Source: Mustelus asterias
Taxonomy: Eukaryota
Length of the DNA stretch: 64,000 nt
Assembly: GCF_964213995.1 (NCBI RefSeq)
Contig: NC_135808.1
Coordinates: 21,824,001 to 21,888,000, forward strand
Direction of reading: 5' to 3'
The position numbers and the translations under genes are program-made. Below the pieces are notes generated by a model, which was not told the origin of the DNA, did not search any database, and saw only the letters and a program-made list of their open reading frames with translations. Positions 24,001-37,370 of this stretch are shown one piece after another; position 1 is the stretch's first letter; the number at the start of each line of letters is the position of its first letter.

Positions 24001-27000
24001 CTCTCGCTCGCTCTCTTCGCCTCTCCCGCTCGCTCTCTGCGCCTCTCTCGCCTGCTCTCTGCGCGCCTCTCTCGCTCGCTCTCTGCGCCTCTCTCGCTCG
24101 CTCTCTGCGCCTCTCTCGCTCGCTCTCTGCGCGTCTCTCGCTCTCTGCGCGCCTCTGTCTCTCGCTCTCTGCGCCTCTCTCGCCCGCTCTCCGCGGGCCC
24201 CTCTCGCTCGCTCTCTGCTCCTCTCTCGCTCGCTCTCTGCTCCTCTCTCTCTCGCTCTCTGCACCTCTCTCGCTCGCTCTCGGCTGCTCTCTCGCTCGCT
24301 CTCTGCGCGCCTCTCTCTCTTGCTCTCTGNNNNNNNNNNNNNNNNNNNNNNNNNNNNNNNNNNNNNNNNNNNNNNNNNNNNNNNNNNNNNNNNNNNNNNN
24401 NNNNNNNNNNNNNNNNNNNNNNNNNNNNNNNNNNNNNNNNNNNNNNNNNNNNNNNNNNNNNNNNNNNNNNNNNNNNNNNNNNNNNNNNNNNNNNNNNNNN
24501 NNNNNNNNNNNNNNNNNNNNNNNNNNNNNTCTCTCACTCGCTCTCTGCGCGCCTCTCTCGCTCGCTCTCTGCGCGCCTCTCTCGCTTGCTCTCTGCGCGC
24601 CTATCTCGCTCGCTCTCTGCGCACCTCTCTCGCTCTCTGCGCCTCTCTCTCTCGCTCTCTGCACCCCTCTCTCTCTCGCTTTCTGCGCCCCTCTCTATCT
24701 CGCTCTCTGCGCCTCTCCCGCCCGCTCTCTGCGCGCCTCTCCCGCCCGCTCTCTGCGCCTCTCTCGCTCGCTCTCTGCGCGCCTCTCTCGCTCGCTCTCT
24801 GCGCCTCTCTCGCTCGCTCTCTGCGCCTCTTTCACTCGCTCTCTGCGTGCCTCTCCCGCCCGCTCTCTGCGCCTCTCTTGCTCGCTCTCTGCGCGCCTCT
24901 CTCGCTCGCTCTCTGCGCCCCTCTCTCGCTCGCTCTCTGCGTGCCTCTCTCGCTCGCTCTCTGCACGGCTCTCTCGCTCGCTCTCTTCGCCTCTCCCGCT
25001 CGCTCTCTGCGCCTCTCTCGCCTGCTCTCTGCGCGCCTCTCTCGCTCGCTCTCTGCGCCTCTCTCGCTCGCTCTCTGCGCCTCTCTCGCTCGCTCTCTGC
25101 GCGTCTCTCGCTCTCTGCGCGCCTCTGTCTCTCGCTCTCTGCGCCTCTCTCGCCCGCTCTCCGCGGGCCCCTCTCGCTCGCTCTCTGCTCCTCTCTCGCT
25201 CGCTCTCTGCTCCTCTCTCTCTCGCTCTCTGCACCTCTCTCGCTCGCTCTCGGCTGCTCTCTCGCTCGCTCTCTGCGCGCCTCTCTCTCTTGCTCTCTGC
25301 GCGCCTCTCTCGCTCGCTCTCTGCGCCTCTCTCTCGCTCTCTGCGCCTCTCTCACTCGCTCTCTGCGCGCCTCTCTCGCTCGCTCTCTGCGCGCCTCTCT
25401 CGCTCGCTCTCTGCACCTCTCTCGCTCGCTCTCTGCTCCTCTCTCGCTCGCTCTCTGCGTGCCTCTCTCTCTCGCTCTCTGCCCCTCTCTCGCTCGCTCT
25501 CTGCGCGCCTCTCGCGCTCGCTCTCTGCGCCTCTCTTGCTCGCTCTCTGCGCGACTCTCTCGCTCGCTCTCTGCGCCTCTCTCGCTCGCTCTCTGCGCGC
25601 CTCTCTCGCTCGCTCTCTGTGCCTCTCTCGCTCGCTCTCTGCGCTTCTCTCGCTCGCTCTCTGCGTGCCTCTCTCGCTCGCTCTCTGCGCGTCTCTTTCG
25701 CTCGCTCTCCGCGCCTCTCTCGCTCACTCTCTGCGCCTCTCTCGCTCGCTCTCTGCGCGCCTCTCTCACTCGCTCTCTGCGCCTCTCTCGCTCGTTCTCT
25801 GCGCGCCTCTCTCGCTCGCTCTCTGCGCCTCTCTCGCTCGCTCTCTGCGCGCCTCTCTCGCTCGCTCTCTGCGCCCCTCTCTCGCTCGCTCTCTGCGCCC
25901 CTCTCTCGCTCGCTCTCTGCGCACCTCTCTCTCTCGCTCTCTGCAACTCTCTCGCTCGCTCTCTGCGCGCCTCTCTCACTCGCTCTCTGCGCCTCTCTCG
26001 CCCGCTCTCTGCGTGCCTCTCTCGCTCGCTTTCTGCGCGCCTCTCTCGCTCGCTCTCTTCGCCTCTCCCGCTCGCTCTCTGCGCCTCTCTCGCCCGCTCT
26101 CTGCGCCTCTCTCGCCCGCTCTCTGCGCGCCTCTCTCGCTCGCTCTCTGCGCCACTCTCGCCCGCTCTCTGTGCGCCTCTCTCGCTCGCTCTCTCCGCCA
26201 CTCTCGCCCGCTCTCTGCGCGCCTCTCTCGCTCACTCTCTGCTCCTCTCTCGCCCGCTCTCTGCTCCTCTCTCTCTCGCTCTCTGCGCCTCTCTCGCTCG
26301 CTCTCTGCACCTCTCTGACTCGCTCTCTGCGCGCCTCTTTCTCTCGCTCTCTGCGCGCCTCTCTCGCTCACTCTCTGCGACTCTCTCTCTCGCTCTCTGC
26401 GCCTCTCTCGCTCGCTCTCTGCGCGCCTCTCTCGCTCGCTCTCTGCGTGCCTCTCTCGCTCGCTCTCTGCGCGCCTCTCTCGATCTCTGCGCCTCTCTCT
26501 CTCGCTCTCTACACCCTCTCCCTCTCGCTCTCTGCGCCCCTCTCTCTCTCGCTCTCTGCGCCCCTCTCTCTCTCGCTCTCTGCGCCTCTCTCACTCGCTT
26601 TCTGCGCGCCTCTCCCGCTCGCTCTCTGCGCGCCTCTCCCGCCCGCTCTCTGTGCGCCTCTCCCGCCCGCTCTCTGCGCCTCTCTCGCTCGCTCTCTGCG
26701 CGCCTCTCTCGCTCGCTCTCTGCGCCTCTCTCGCTCGCTCTCTGCGCCTCTCTCTCTCGCTCTCTGCGCGACTCTCTCGCTTGCTCTCTGCGCGGCTCTC
26801 TCTCTCGCTCTCTGCAGCTCTCTCGCTCGCGCTCTGCATGTCTCTCTCTCGCTCTCTGCGCCCCTCTCTCTCTCGCTCTCTGCGCCTCTCTCACTCGCTC
26901 TCTGCGCCTCTCTCGCACGCTCTCTGCGCCCCTCTCTCTCTCGCTCTCTGCCCCTCTCTCGCTCGCTCTCTGTGCCCCTCTCTCTCTCGCTCTCTGCGCC

Positions 27001-30000
27001 TCTCTCGCTCGCTCTCTGCGCGTCTCTCTCTCTCGCTGTCTGCGCCCCTCTCTCGCTCGCTCTCTGTGCGCCTCTCTCGCTCGCTCTCTGCGCCTCTCCC
27101 ACTCGCTCTCTGTGCCTCTCTCGCCCGATCTCTGCGCGCCCCTCTCGCTCGCTCTCTGCTTCTCTCTCGCTCGCTCTCTGCGCGCCTCTCTCGCTCGCTC
27201 TCTGCTCCTCTCTCTCTCTGCGCCTCTCTCGCTCGCTCTCTGCTCCTCTCTCGCTCGCTCTCTGCGTGCCTCTCTCTCTCGCTCTCTGCGCGCCTCTCTC
27301 GCTCGCTCTCTGCGCCTCTCTCTCTTGTTCTCTGCGCCTCTCTCACTCGCTCTCTGCGCTCCTCTCTCTCTCGCTCTCTGCGCGTCTCTCTCACTCGCTC
27401 TCTGCGCCTCTCTCGCTCGCTCTCTGCGTGCCTCTCTCGCTCGCTCTCTGCACGCCTGTTTCGCTCGCTCTCTTCGCCTCTCCCGCTCGCTCTCTGCGCC
27501 TCTGTCGCCTGCTCTCTGCGCGCCTCTCTCGCTCGCTCTCTGCGCCTCTCTCGCTCGGTCTCTGCGCCTCTCTCGCTCGCTCTCTGTGCGCCTCTCTCGC
27601 TCGCACTCCGCACCTCTCCCACTCGCTCTCTTCGCCTCTCTCGCCCGCTCTCCGCGGGCCCCTCTCGCTCGCTCTCTGCTCCTCTCTCGCTCGCTCTCTG
27701 CTCCTCTCTCTCTCGCTCTCTGCGCCTCTCTCGCTCGCTCTCTGCTCCTCTCTCGCTCGCTCTCTGCGCGCCTCTCCCTCTTGCTCTCTGCGCGCCTCTC
27801 TCGCTCGCTCTCTGCGCCTCTCTCTCTCGCTCTCTGCGCCTCTCTCACTCGCTCTCTGCGCGCCTCTCTCGCTCGCTCTCTGCGCGCCTCTCTCGCTTGC
27901 TCTCTGCGCGCCTATCTCGCTCGCTCTCTGCGCACCTCTCTCGCTCTCTGCGCCTCTCTCTCTCGCTCTCTGCACCCCTCTCTCTCTCGCTTTCTGCGCC
28001 CCTCTCTATCTCGCTCTCTGCGCCTCTCCCGCCCGCTCTCTGCGCGCCTCTCCCGCCCGCTCTCTGCGCCTCTCTCGCTCGCTCTCTGCGCGCCTCTCTC
28101 GCTCGCTCTCTGCGCCTCTCTCGCTCGCTCTCTGCGCCTCTTTCACTCGCTCTCTGCGTGCCTCTCCCGCCCGCTCTCTGCGCCTCTCTTGCTCGCTCTC
28201 TGCGCGCCTCTCTCGCTCGCTCTCTGCGCCCCTCTCTCGCTCGCTCTCTGCGTGCCTCTCTCGCTCGCTCTCTGCACGGCTCTCTCGCTCGCTCTCTTCG
28301 CCTCTCCCGCTCGCTCTCTGCGCCTCTCTCGCCTGCTCTCTGCGCGCCTCTCTCGCTCGCTCTCTGCGCCTCTCTCGCTCGCTCTCTGCGCCTCTCTCGC
28401 TCGCTCTCTGCGCGTCTCTCGCTCTCTGCGCGCCTCTGTCTCTCGCTCTCTGCGCCTCTCTCGCCCGCTCTCCGCGGGCCCCTCTCGCTCGCTCTCTGCT
28501 CCTCTCTCGCTCGCTCTCTGCTCCTCTCTCTCTCGCTCTCTGCACCTCTCTCGCTCGCTCTCGGCTGCTCTCTCGCTCGCTCTCTGCGCGCCTCTCTCTC
28601 TTGCTCTCTGCGCGCCTCTCTCGCTCGCTCTCTGCGCCTCTCTCTCTCGCTCTCTGCGCCTCTCTCACTCGCTCTCTGCGCGCCTCTCTCGCTCGCTCTC
28701 TGCGCGCCTCTCTCGCTTGCTCTCTGCGCGCCTATCTCGCTCGCTCTCTGCGCACCTCTCTCGCTCTCTGCACCTCTCTCTCTCGCTCTCTGCACCCCTC
28801 TCTCTCTCGCTTTCTGCGCCCCTCTCTCTCTCGCTCTCTGCGCCTCTCCCGCCCGCTCTCTGCGCGCCTCTCCCGCCCGCTCTCTGCGCCTCTCTCGCTC
28901 GCTCTCTGCGCGCCTCTCTCGCTCACTCTCTGCGCCTCTCTCGCTTGCTCTCTGCCCCTCTTTCACTCGCTCTCTGCGTGCCTCTCCCGCTCGCTCTCTG
29001 CGCCTCTCTTGCTCGCTCTCTGCGCGCCTCTCTCGCTCGCTCTCTGCACCCCTCTCTCGCTCGCTCTCTGCGTGCCTCTCTCGCTTGCTCTCTGCACGCC
29101 TCTCTTGCTCGCTCTCTGCGCTTCTCTCGCTCGCTCTCTGCGTGCCTCTCTCGCTCGCTCTCTGCGCGCCTCTCTCGCTCGCTCTCTGCGCTTCTCTCGC
29201 TCGCTCTCTGCGTGCCTCCCTCTCTCGCTCGCTGCGCCCCTCTCTCGCTCGCTCTCTGCTCCTCTCTCTCTCGCTCTCTGCCTGCACCTCTCACTCGCTC
29301 TCTGCGCCTCTCTCGTTCGCTCTCTGCTCCTCTCTCTCTCACTCTCTGCGTGCCTCTCTTGCTCGCTCTCTGCGTGCCTCTCTCGCTCGCTCTCTGCGTG
29401 CCTCTCTCTCTCGCTCTCTGCGCGCCTCTCTCGCTCACTCTCTGCGCCTCTCTCGCTTGCTCTCTGCGCCTCTCTCGCTCGCTCTCTGCGCACCTCTCTC
29501 TCTCGCTCTCTGCGCCTCTCTCGCTCGCTCTCTGCGCGTCTCTCGCTCTCTGCGCGCCTCTCTCTCTCGCTCTCTGCGCCTCTATCGCTCGCCCTCTGCG
29601 CCTCTCTCTCTCGCTCTCTGCGTGCCTCTCTCTCTCGCTCGCTGCGCCCCTCTCTCGCTCACTCTCTGCTCCTCTCTCTCGCTCGCTCTCTGCTCCTCTC
29701 TCTCTCGCTCTCTGCGTGCATCGCTCGCTCGCTCTCTGCGCCTCTCTCGTTCGCTCTCTGCTCCTCTCTCTCTCGCTCTCTGCGTGCCTCTCTTGCTCGC
29801 TCTCTGCGTGCCTCTCTCGCTCGCTCTCTGCGTGCTTCTCTCTCTCACTCTCTGCGCGCCTCTCTCGCTCATTCTCTGCGCCTCTCTCGCTCCTTCTCTG
29901 CGCCTCTCTCGCTCGCTCTCTGCGCGCCTCTCTCGCTCGCTCTCTTCGCCTCTCTCGCCCGCTCTCTGTGTGCTTCTCTCGCTCACTCTCTGCGCCTGTC

Positions 30001-33000
30001 CCGCTCGCTCTCTGCGCCTCTCCCGCTCGCTCTCTGCGCCTCTCTCGCCCACTCTCTGCGCCTCTCTCGCTCGCTCTCTGCGCCTCTCTCGCTCGCTCTC
30101 TGCACCTCTCTCGCCCGCTCTCTGCGCGCCCCTCTCGCTCGCTCTCTGCTTCTCTCTCGCTCGCTCTCTGCTCCTCTCTCTCTCGCTCTCTGCACCTCTC
30201 TCGCTCGCTCTCTGCTCCTCTCTCGCTCGCTCTCTGCGTGCCTCTCTCTCGCTCTCTGCGTGTCTCTCTCTCTCGCTCTCTGCGCCTCTCTCTCTCGCTC
30301 TCTACGCCTCTCTCGCTCGCTCTCTGCGCGCCTCTCTCTCTCGCTCTCTGCGCGCCTCTCTCGCTCGCTCTCTGCGCCTCTCTCTCTCGCTCTCTACACC
30401 TCTCTCGCTCGCTCTCTGCGCGCCTCTCTCTCTCGCTCTCTGCTCCTCTCTCTCTCGCTCTCTGCGCTCCTCTCTCTCGCTCTCTGCGCCCCTCTCTCGC
30501 TCGCTCTCTGCGCGCCTCTCTCTCTCCCTCTCTGCGCTCCTCTCTCTCTCGCTCTCTGCGCTCCTCTCTCTCTCGCTCTCTGCGCCTCTCTCGCTCGCTC
30601 TCTGCGCCTCCCTTGCTCTCTGAGCGCCTCTCCCTCTCGCTCTCTGCACCTCTCTCGCTCGCTCTCTGCGCCTCTCTCTCTCGCTCTCTGCGCGCCTCTC
30701 TCGCTCACTCTCTGCTCCTCTCTCGCTCGCTCTCTGCTCCTCTCTCTCTCGCTCTCTGCGCGCCTCTCTCGCTCACTCTCTGCTCCTCTCTCGCTCGCTC
30801 TCTGCTCCTCTCTCTCTCACTCTCTGCTCCTCTCTCGCTCGCTCTCTGCTCCTCTCTCTCTCGCTCCCTGCGTGCCTCTCTCGCCCGTTCTCTGCGTGCC
30901 TCTCTCGCTCGTTCTCTGCGCGCCTCTCTCGCTCGCTCTCTGCGTGCCTCTCTCGCTCGCTCTCTGCGCCTCTCTCGCCCGTTCTCTGCGTGCCTCTCTC
31001 GCTCGTTCTCTGCGCGCCTCTCTCGCCCGCTCTCTGCGTGCCTCTCTCGCTCGCTCTCTTCGCCTCTCTCGCCCGCTCTCTGTGTGCTTCTCCCACTCGA
31101 TCTCAGCGCGCCTCTCCCGCTCGCTCTCTGCGCCTCTCTCGCCCACTCTCTGCGCCTCTCTCGCTCGCTCTCTGCGCCTCTCTCGCTCGCTCTCTGCGCC
31201 TCTCTCGCCCGCTCTCTGCGCGCCCCTCTCGCTCGCTCTCTGCTCCTCTCTCGCTCGCTCTCTGCGTGCCTCTCTCTCGCTCTCCGCGCGCCTCTCTCGC
31301 TCGCTCTCTGCGCCTCTCTCTCTTGCTCTCTACGCCTCTCTCGCTCGCTCTCTGCGCGCCTCTCTCTCCCGCTCTCTGCGCGCCTCTCTCGCTCGCTCTC
31401 TGCGCCTCTCTCTCTCGCTCTCTACACCTCTCTCGCTCGCTCTCTGCGCGCCTCTCTCTCTCGCTCTCTGCTCCTCTCTCTCTCGCTCTCTGCGCTCCTC
31501 TCTCTCGCTCTCTGCGCCCCTCTCTCGCTCGCTCTCTGCGCGCCTCTCTCTCTCCCTCTCTGCGCTCCTTTCTCTCTCGCTCTCTGCGCTCCTCTCTCTC
31601 TCGCTCTCTGCGCCTCTCTCGCTCGCTCTCTGCGCCTTCCTCGCTCTCTGAGCGCCTCTCTCTCTCGCTCTCTGCGCCTCTCTCGCTCGCTCTCTGCGCC
31701 TCTCTCTCTCGCTCTCTGCGCGCCTCTCTCGCTCACTCTCTGCTCCTCTCTCGCTCGCTCTCTGCTCCTCTCTCTCTCGCTCTCTGCGCGCCTCTCTCGC
31801 TCACTCTCTGCTCCTCTCTCGCTCACTCTCTGCTCCTCTCTCGCTCGCTCTCTGCTCCTCTCTCTCTCGCTCCCTGCGTGCCTCTCTCGCCCGTTCTCTG
31901 CTTGCCTCTCTCGCTCGTTCTCTGCGCGCCTCTCTCGCTCGCTCTCTGCGTGCCTCTCTCGCTCGCTCTCTGCGCCTCTCTCGCTCGTTCTCTGCGTGCC
32001 TCTCTCGCTCGTTCTCTGCGCGCCTCTCTCGCCCGCTCTCTGCGTGCCTCTCATGCTCGCTCTCTGCGCGCCTCTCTCTCTCGCTCTCTGCGCCTCTCTC
32101 TCGCTCGCTCTCTGCGCCCCTCTCTCGCTCGCTCTCTGCGTCCCTCTCTCTCTCGCTCTCTGCGCGCCTGTACCGCCCGCTCTCTGCACCTCTCTCACTC
32201 GCTCTCTGCGCCTCTCTCTCCCGCTCTCTGCGCCCCTCTCCCTGTCGCTCTCTGCGCCTCTCTCGCTCGCTCTCTGCGCCTCTCTCGCTCGCTCTCTGTG
32301 CCTCTCTCTCGCTCTCTGCGCCTCTCTCGCTCGCTCTCTGCGCCTCTCTCTCCCGCTCTCTGCGCCCCCTCTCCCTCGCTCTCTGCGCGCCTCTCTCGCT
32401 CGCTCTCTGCGCCTCTCTCGCTCGCTCTCTGCGCCTCCCTCGCTCGCTCTCTGCGCGCCTCTCTCTCTCGCTCTCTGCGCGCCTCTCTCTCTCGCTCTCT
32501 GCGCCTCTCTCTCGCTCGCTTTCTGCACCCCTCTCGCTCGCTCTCTGCGCCTCTCTCGCTCGCTCTCTGCGCGCCTCTCTCTTGCTCTCTGCGCCTCTCT
32601 CGCTCGCTCTCTGCGCCTCTCTCGCTCCCTCTGCGCGCCTCTCTCTCTTTGCGCGCCTCTCACTCTTGCTCTCTGCGTCTCTCTCACTCGCTCTCTGCGC
32701 GCCTCTCATGCTCGCTCTCTGCGCGCCTCTCTCTCTCGCTCTCTGCGCGCCTCTCTCTCTCGCTCTCTGCGCCTCTCTCTCGCTCGCTCTCTGCGCCCCT
32801 CTCTCGCTCGCTCTCTGCGCCCCTCTCTCTCTCGCTCTCTGCGCGCCTGTACCACCCGCTCTCTGCACCTCTCTCGGTCGCTCTCTGCGCCTCTCTCTCC
32901 CGCTCTCTGCGCCTCTCTCTCGCTCGCTCTCTGCGCCCCTCTCTCGCTCGCTCTCTGCGCCTCTCTCGCTCACTCTCTGCGCCTCTCTTGCTCCCTCTGC

Positions 33001-36000
33001 GCGCCTCTCTCTCTCTGCGCGCCTCTCTCTCTCGCTCTCTGCGCCTCTCTCGCTCGCTCTCTGCGCGCCTCTCATGCTCGCTCTCTGAGCGCCTCTCTCT
33101 CTCGCTCTCTGCGCCTCTCTCGCTCGCTCTCTGCGCCTCTCTCTCTCGCTCTCTGCGCGCCTCTCTCGCTCACTCTCTGCTCCTCTCTCGCTCGCTCTCT
33201 GCTCCTCTCTCTCTCGCTCTCTGCGCGCCTCTCTCGCTCACTCTCTGCTCCTCTCTCGCTCACTCTCTGCTCCTCTCTCGCTCGCTCTCTGCTCCTCTCT
33301 CTCTCGCTCCCTGCGTGCCTCTCTCGCCCGTTCTCTGCGTGCCTCTCTCGCTCGTTCTCTGCGCGCCTCTCTCGCTTGCTCTCTGCGTGCCTCTCTCGCT
33401 CGCTCTCTGCGCCTCTCTCGCCCGTTCTCTGCGTGCCTCTCTCGCTCGTTCTCTGCGCGCCTCTCTCGCCCGCTCTCTGCGTGCCTCTCTCGCTCGCTCT
33501 CTTCGCCTCTCTCGCCCGCTCTCTTTGTGCTTCTCTCGCTCGATCTCAGCGTGCCTCTCCCGCTCGCTCTCTGCGCCTCTCTCGCCCACTCTCTGCGCCT
33601 CTCTCGCTCGCTCTCTGCGCCTCTCTCGCTCGCTCTCTGCGCCTCTCTCGCCCGCTCTCTGCGCGCCCCTCTCGCTCGCTCTCTGCTCCTCTCTCGCTCG
33701 CTCTCTGCGTGCCTCTCTCTCGCTCTCTGCGCGCCTCTCTCGCTCGCTCTCTGCGCCTCTCTCTCTCGCTCTCTACGCCTCTCTCGCTCGCTCTCTGCGC
33801 GCCTCTGTCTCTCGCTCTCTGCGCGCCTCTCTCGCTCGCTCTCTGCGCCTCTCTCTCTCGCTCTCTACACCTCTCTCGCTCGCTCTCTGCGCGCCTCTCT
33901 CTCTCGCTCTCTGCTCCTCTCCCTCTCACTCTCTGCACTCCTCTCTCTCGCTCTCTGCGCCCCTCTCTCGCTCGCTCTCTGCGCGCCTCTCTCTCCCTCT
34001 CTGCGCTCCTCTCTCTCTCGCTCTCTGTGCTCCTCTCTCTCTCACTCGCTCTCTGCGCCTCCCTCGCTCTCTGAGCGCCTCTCTCTCTCGCTCTCTGCGC
34101 CTCTCTCGCTCGCTCTCTGCGCCTCTCTCTCTCGCTCTCTGCGCGCCTCTCTCGCTCACTCTCTGCTCCTCTCTCGCTCACTCTCTGCTCCTCTCTCTCT
34201 CGCTCTCTGCGCGCCTCTCTCGCTCACTCTCTGCTCCTCTCTCGCTCACTCTCTGCTCCTCTCTCGCTCGCTCTCTGCTCCTCTCTCTCTCGCTCCCTGC
34301 GTGCCTCTCTCGCCCGTTCTCTGCGTGCCTCTCTCGCTCGTTCTCTGCGCGCCTCTCTCGCTCGTTCTCTGCGCGCCTCTCTCGCCCGCTCTCTGCGTGC
34401 CTCTCTCGCTCGCTCTCTGCGCCTCTCTCGCCAGTTCTCTGCGTGCCTCTCTCGCTCGCTCTCTGCGCGCCTCTCTCTCTCGCTCTCTGCTCCTCTCTCG
34501 CTCGATCTCAGCGCACCTCTCATGCTCGCTCTCTGCGCGCCTCTCTCTCTCGCTCTCTGCGCCTCTCTCTCGCTCGCTCTCTGCGCCCCTCTCTCGCTCG
34601 CTCTCTGCGTCCCTCTCTCTCTCGCTCTCTGCGCGCCTGTACCGCCCGCTCTCTGCATCTCTCTCGCTCGCTCTCTGCGCCTCTCTCTCCCGCTCTCTGC
34701 GCCCCTCTCTCTCTCGCTCTCTGCACCTCTCTCGCTCACTCTCTGCGCCTCTCTCTCCCGCTCTCTGCGCCCCTCTCTCTCTCGCTCTCTGCGCCTCTCT
34801 CGCTCGCTCTCTGTGCCTCTCTCTCTCGCTCTCTGTGTCTCTCTCACTCGCTCTTTGCGCCTCTCTCTCCCGAACTCTGTGACCCCTCTCCCTCGCTCTC
34901 TGCGCCTCTCTCACTCGCTCTCTGCGCCTCTCTCGCTCGCTATCTGCGCGCCTCTCTCGCTCGCTCTCTGCGCGCCTCTCTCGCTCGCTCTCTGCGCCTC
35001 TCCCGCCCGCTCTCTGCGCCTCTCTCTCTCTCGCTCTCTGCGCGCCTCTCTCGCTCTCTGCGCCTCTCTCGCTCGCTCTCTGCGCCTCTCTCACTCGCTC
35101 TCTGCGCCTCTCTCGCTCGCTCTCTGCGCGCCTCTCTCTCTCGCTATCTGCGCCTCTCTCTCGCTCGCTCTCTGCGCGCCTCTCTCGCACGCTCTCTGCG
35201 CGCCTCTCTCGCTCACTCTCTGCGCCTCTCTCTCTCGCTCTCTGCGCCTCTCTCTCTCGCTCTCTGCCCCTCTCTCTCTCGCTCTCTGCTCCTCTCTCTC
35301 GCTCGCTCTCTGCGCGCCTCTCTTGCTCGCTCTCTGCGCGCCTCTCTCGCTCGCTCTCTGCGCGCCTCTCTCGCTCGCTCTCTGTGCTCCTCTCTCTCTC
35401 GCTCTCTGCGCCCCTCTCTCTCTTGCTCTCTGCGCCTCTCGCTCTCGCTCTCTGCGCCCCTCTCTCTCTCGCTCTCTGCGCCTCTCTCTCTCTGCCTCTC
35501 TCTCTCGCTCTCTGCGCGCCTCTCTCGCTCGCTCTCTGCGCCTCTCTGTCTCGCTCACTGCGGGCCTCTTTCGCTCGCTCTCTGCGCGCCTCTCTCGCTC
35601 GCTCTCTGCGCGCCTCTCTCGCTCGCTCTCTGCGCACCTCTCTCGCTTGCTCTCTGTGCGCCTCTTTCGCTCGCTCTCTGCGCGCCTCTCTCTCTCGCTC
35701 TCTGCGCCCCTCTCTCTCTCGCTCTCTGCGCCCCTCTCTCTCTGCCTCTCTCTCTCTCGCTCTCTGCGCGCCTCTCTCGCCCGCTCTCTGCGCCCCTCTC
35801 TCGCTCGCTCTCTGCGCGCCTCTCTCGCTCGGTCTCTGCGCTCCTCTTTCGCTCGCTCTCTGCTCCTCTCTCGCTCGCTCTCTGCGCCTCTCTCGCTCGC
35901 TCTCTGCGCCTCTCTCGCTCGCTCTCTGTGCGCCTCTTTCGCTCGCTCTCTGCGCACCTCTCTCGCTCGCTCTCTGCGCGCCTCTCTCGCTCGCTCTCTG

Positions 36001-37345
36001 CGCACCTCTCTCGCTTGCTCTCTGTGCGCCTCTTTCGCTCGCTCTCTGCGCGCCTCTCTCTCTCGCTATCTGCGCCTCTCTCTCGCTCGCTCTCTGCGCG
36101 CCTCTCTCGCACGCTCTCTGCGCCTCTCTCTCGCTCACTCTCTGCGCCTCTCTCTCTCGCTCTCTGCGCCTCTCTCTCTCGCTCTCTGCGCCTCTCTCTC
36201 TCGCTCTCTGCTCCTCTCTCTCGCTCGCTCTCTGCGCGCCTCTCTCGCTCGCTCTCTGCGCGCCTCTCTCGCTCGCTCTCTGCGCGCCTCTCTCGCTCGC
36301 TCTCTGTGCTCCTCTCTCTCTCGCTCTCTGCGCCCCTCTCTCTCTCGCTCTCTGCGCCTCTCGCTCTCGCTCTCTGCGCCCCTCTCTCTCTCGCTCTCTG
36401 CGCCTCTCTCTCTCTGCCTCTCTCTCTCGCTCTCTGCGCGCCTCTCTCGCTCGCTCTCTGCGCCTCTCTGTCTCGCTCACTGCGGGCCTCTTTCGCTCGC
36501 TCTCTGCGCGCCTCTCTCGCTCACTCTCTGTGGGCCTCTCTCTCTCGCTCTCTGCGCCCCTCTCTCTCTCGCTCTCTGCGCCCCTCTCTCTCTGCCTCTC
36601 TCTCTCGCTCTCTGCGCGCCTCTCTCGCCCGCTCTCTGCGCCCCTCTCTCGCTCGCTCTCTGCGCGCCTCTCTCGCTCGGTCTCTGCGCTCCTCTTTCGC
36701 TCGCTCTCTGCTCCTCTCTCGCTCGCTCTCTGCGCCTCTCTCGCTCGCTCTCTGCGCCTCTCTCGCTCGCTCTCTGTGCGCCTCTTTCGCTCGCTCTCTG
36801 CGCGCCTCTCTCGCTCGCTCTCTGCGCGCCTCTCTCGCTCGCTCTCTGCGCACCTCTCTCGCTTGCTCTCTGTGTGCCTCTTTCGCTCGCTCTCTGCGCG
36901 CCTCTCTCTCTCGCTCTCTGCGCCCCTCTCTCTCTCGCTCTCTGCGCCCCTCTCTCTCTGCCTCTCTCTCTCTCGCTCTCTGCGCGCCTCTCTCGCCCGC
37001 TCTCTGCGCCCCTCTCTCGCTCGCTCTCTGCGCGCCTCTCTCGCTCGGTCTCTGCGCTCCTCTTTCGCTCGCTCTCTGCTCCTCTCTCGCTCGCTCTCTG
37101 CGCCTCTCTCGCTCGCTCTCTGCGCCTCTCTCGCTCGCTCTCTGTGCGCCGCTTTCGCTCGCTCTCTGCGCACCTCTCTCGCTCGCTCTCTGCGCGCCTC
37201 TCTCGCTCGCTCTCTGCGCACCTCTCTCGCTTGCTCTCTGTGCGCCTCTTTCGCTCGCTCTCTGCGCGCCTCTCTCGCTCGCTCTCTGCGCACCTCTCTC
37301 GCTCGCTCTCTGCGCCCCTCTCTCGCTCGCTCTCTGCCTCTCTCT
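1..37345. repeat. Giant CT/CpG-rich satellite, basic unit ~22-24 bp (CCTCTCTCGCTCGCTCTCTGCG[CG]), with kb-scale higher-order repeats; runs off the window start
   Basis: Directly visible over 37 kb. The + strand is almost entirely C/T/G with very few A, and units vary mostly in 2-bp steps. Rare marker variants recur at ~2.9, ~3.3 and ~3.6 kb offsets. Confidence 0.98.
24330..24529. other. Assembly gap (200 N)
   Basis: Run of exactly 200 N, a round placeholder length. Confidence 0.99.
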
Positions 37346-37370
37346 CTGTCTGTCTGTCTGTCTGACTATT

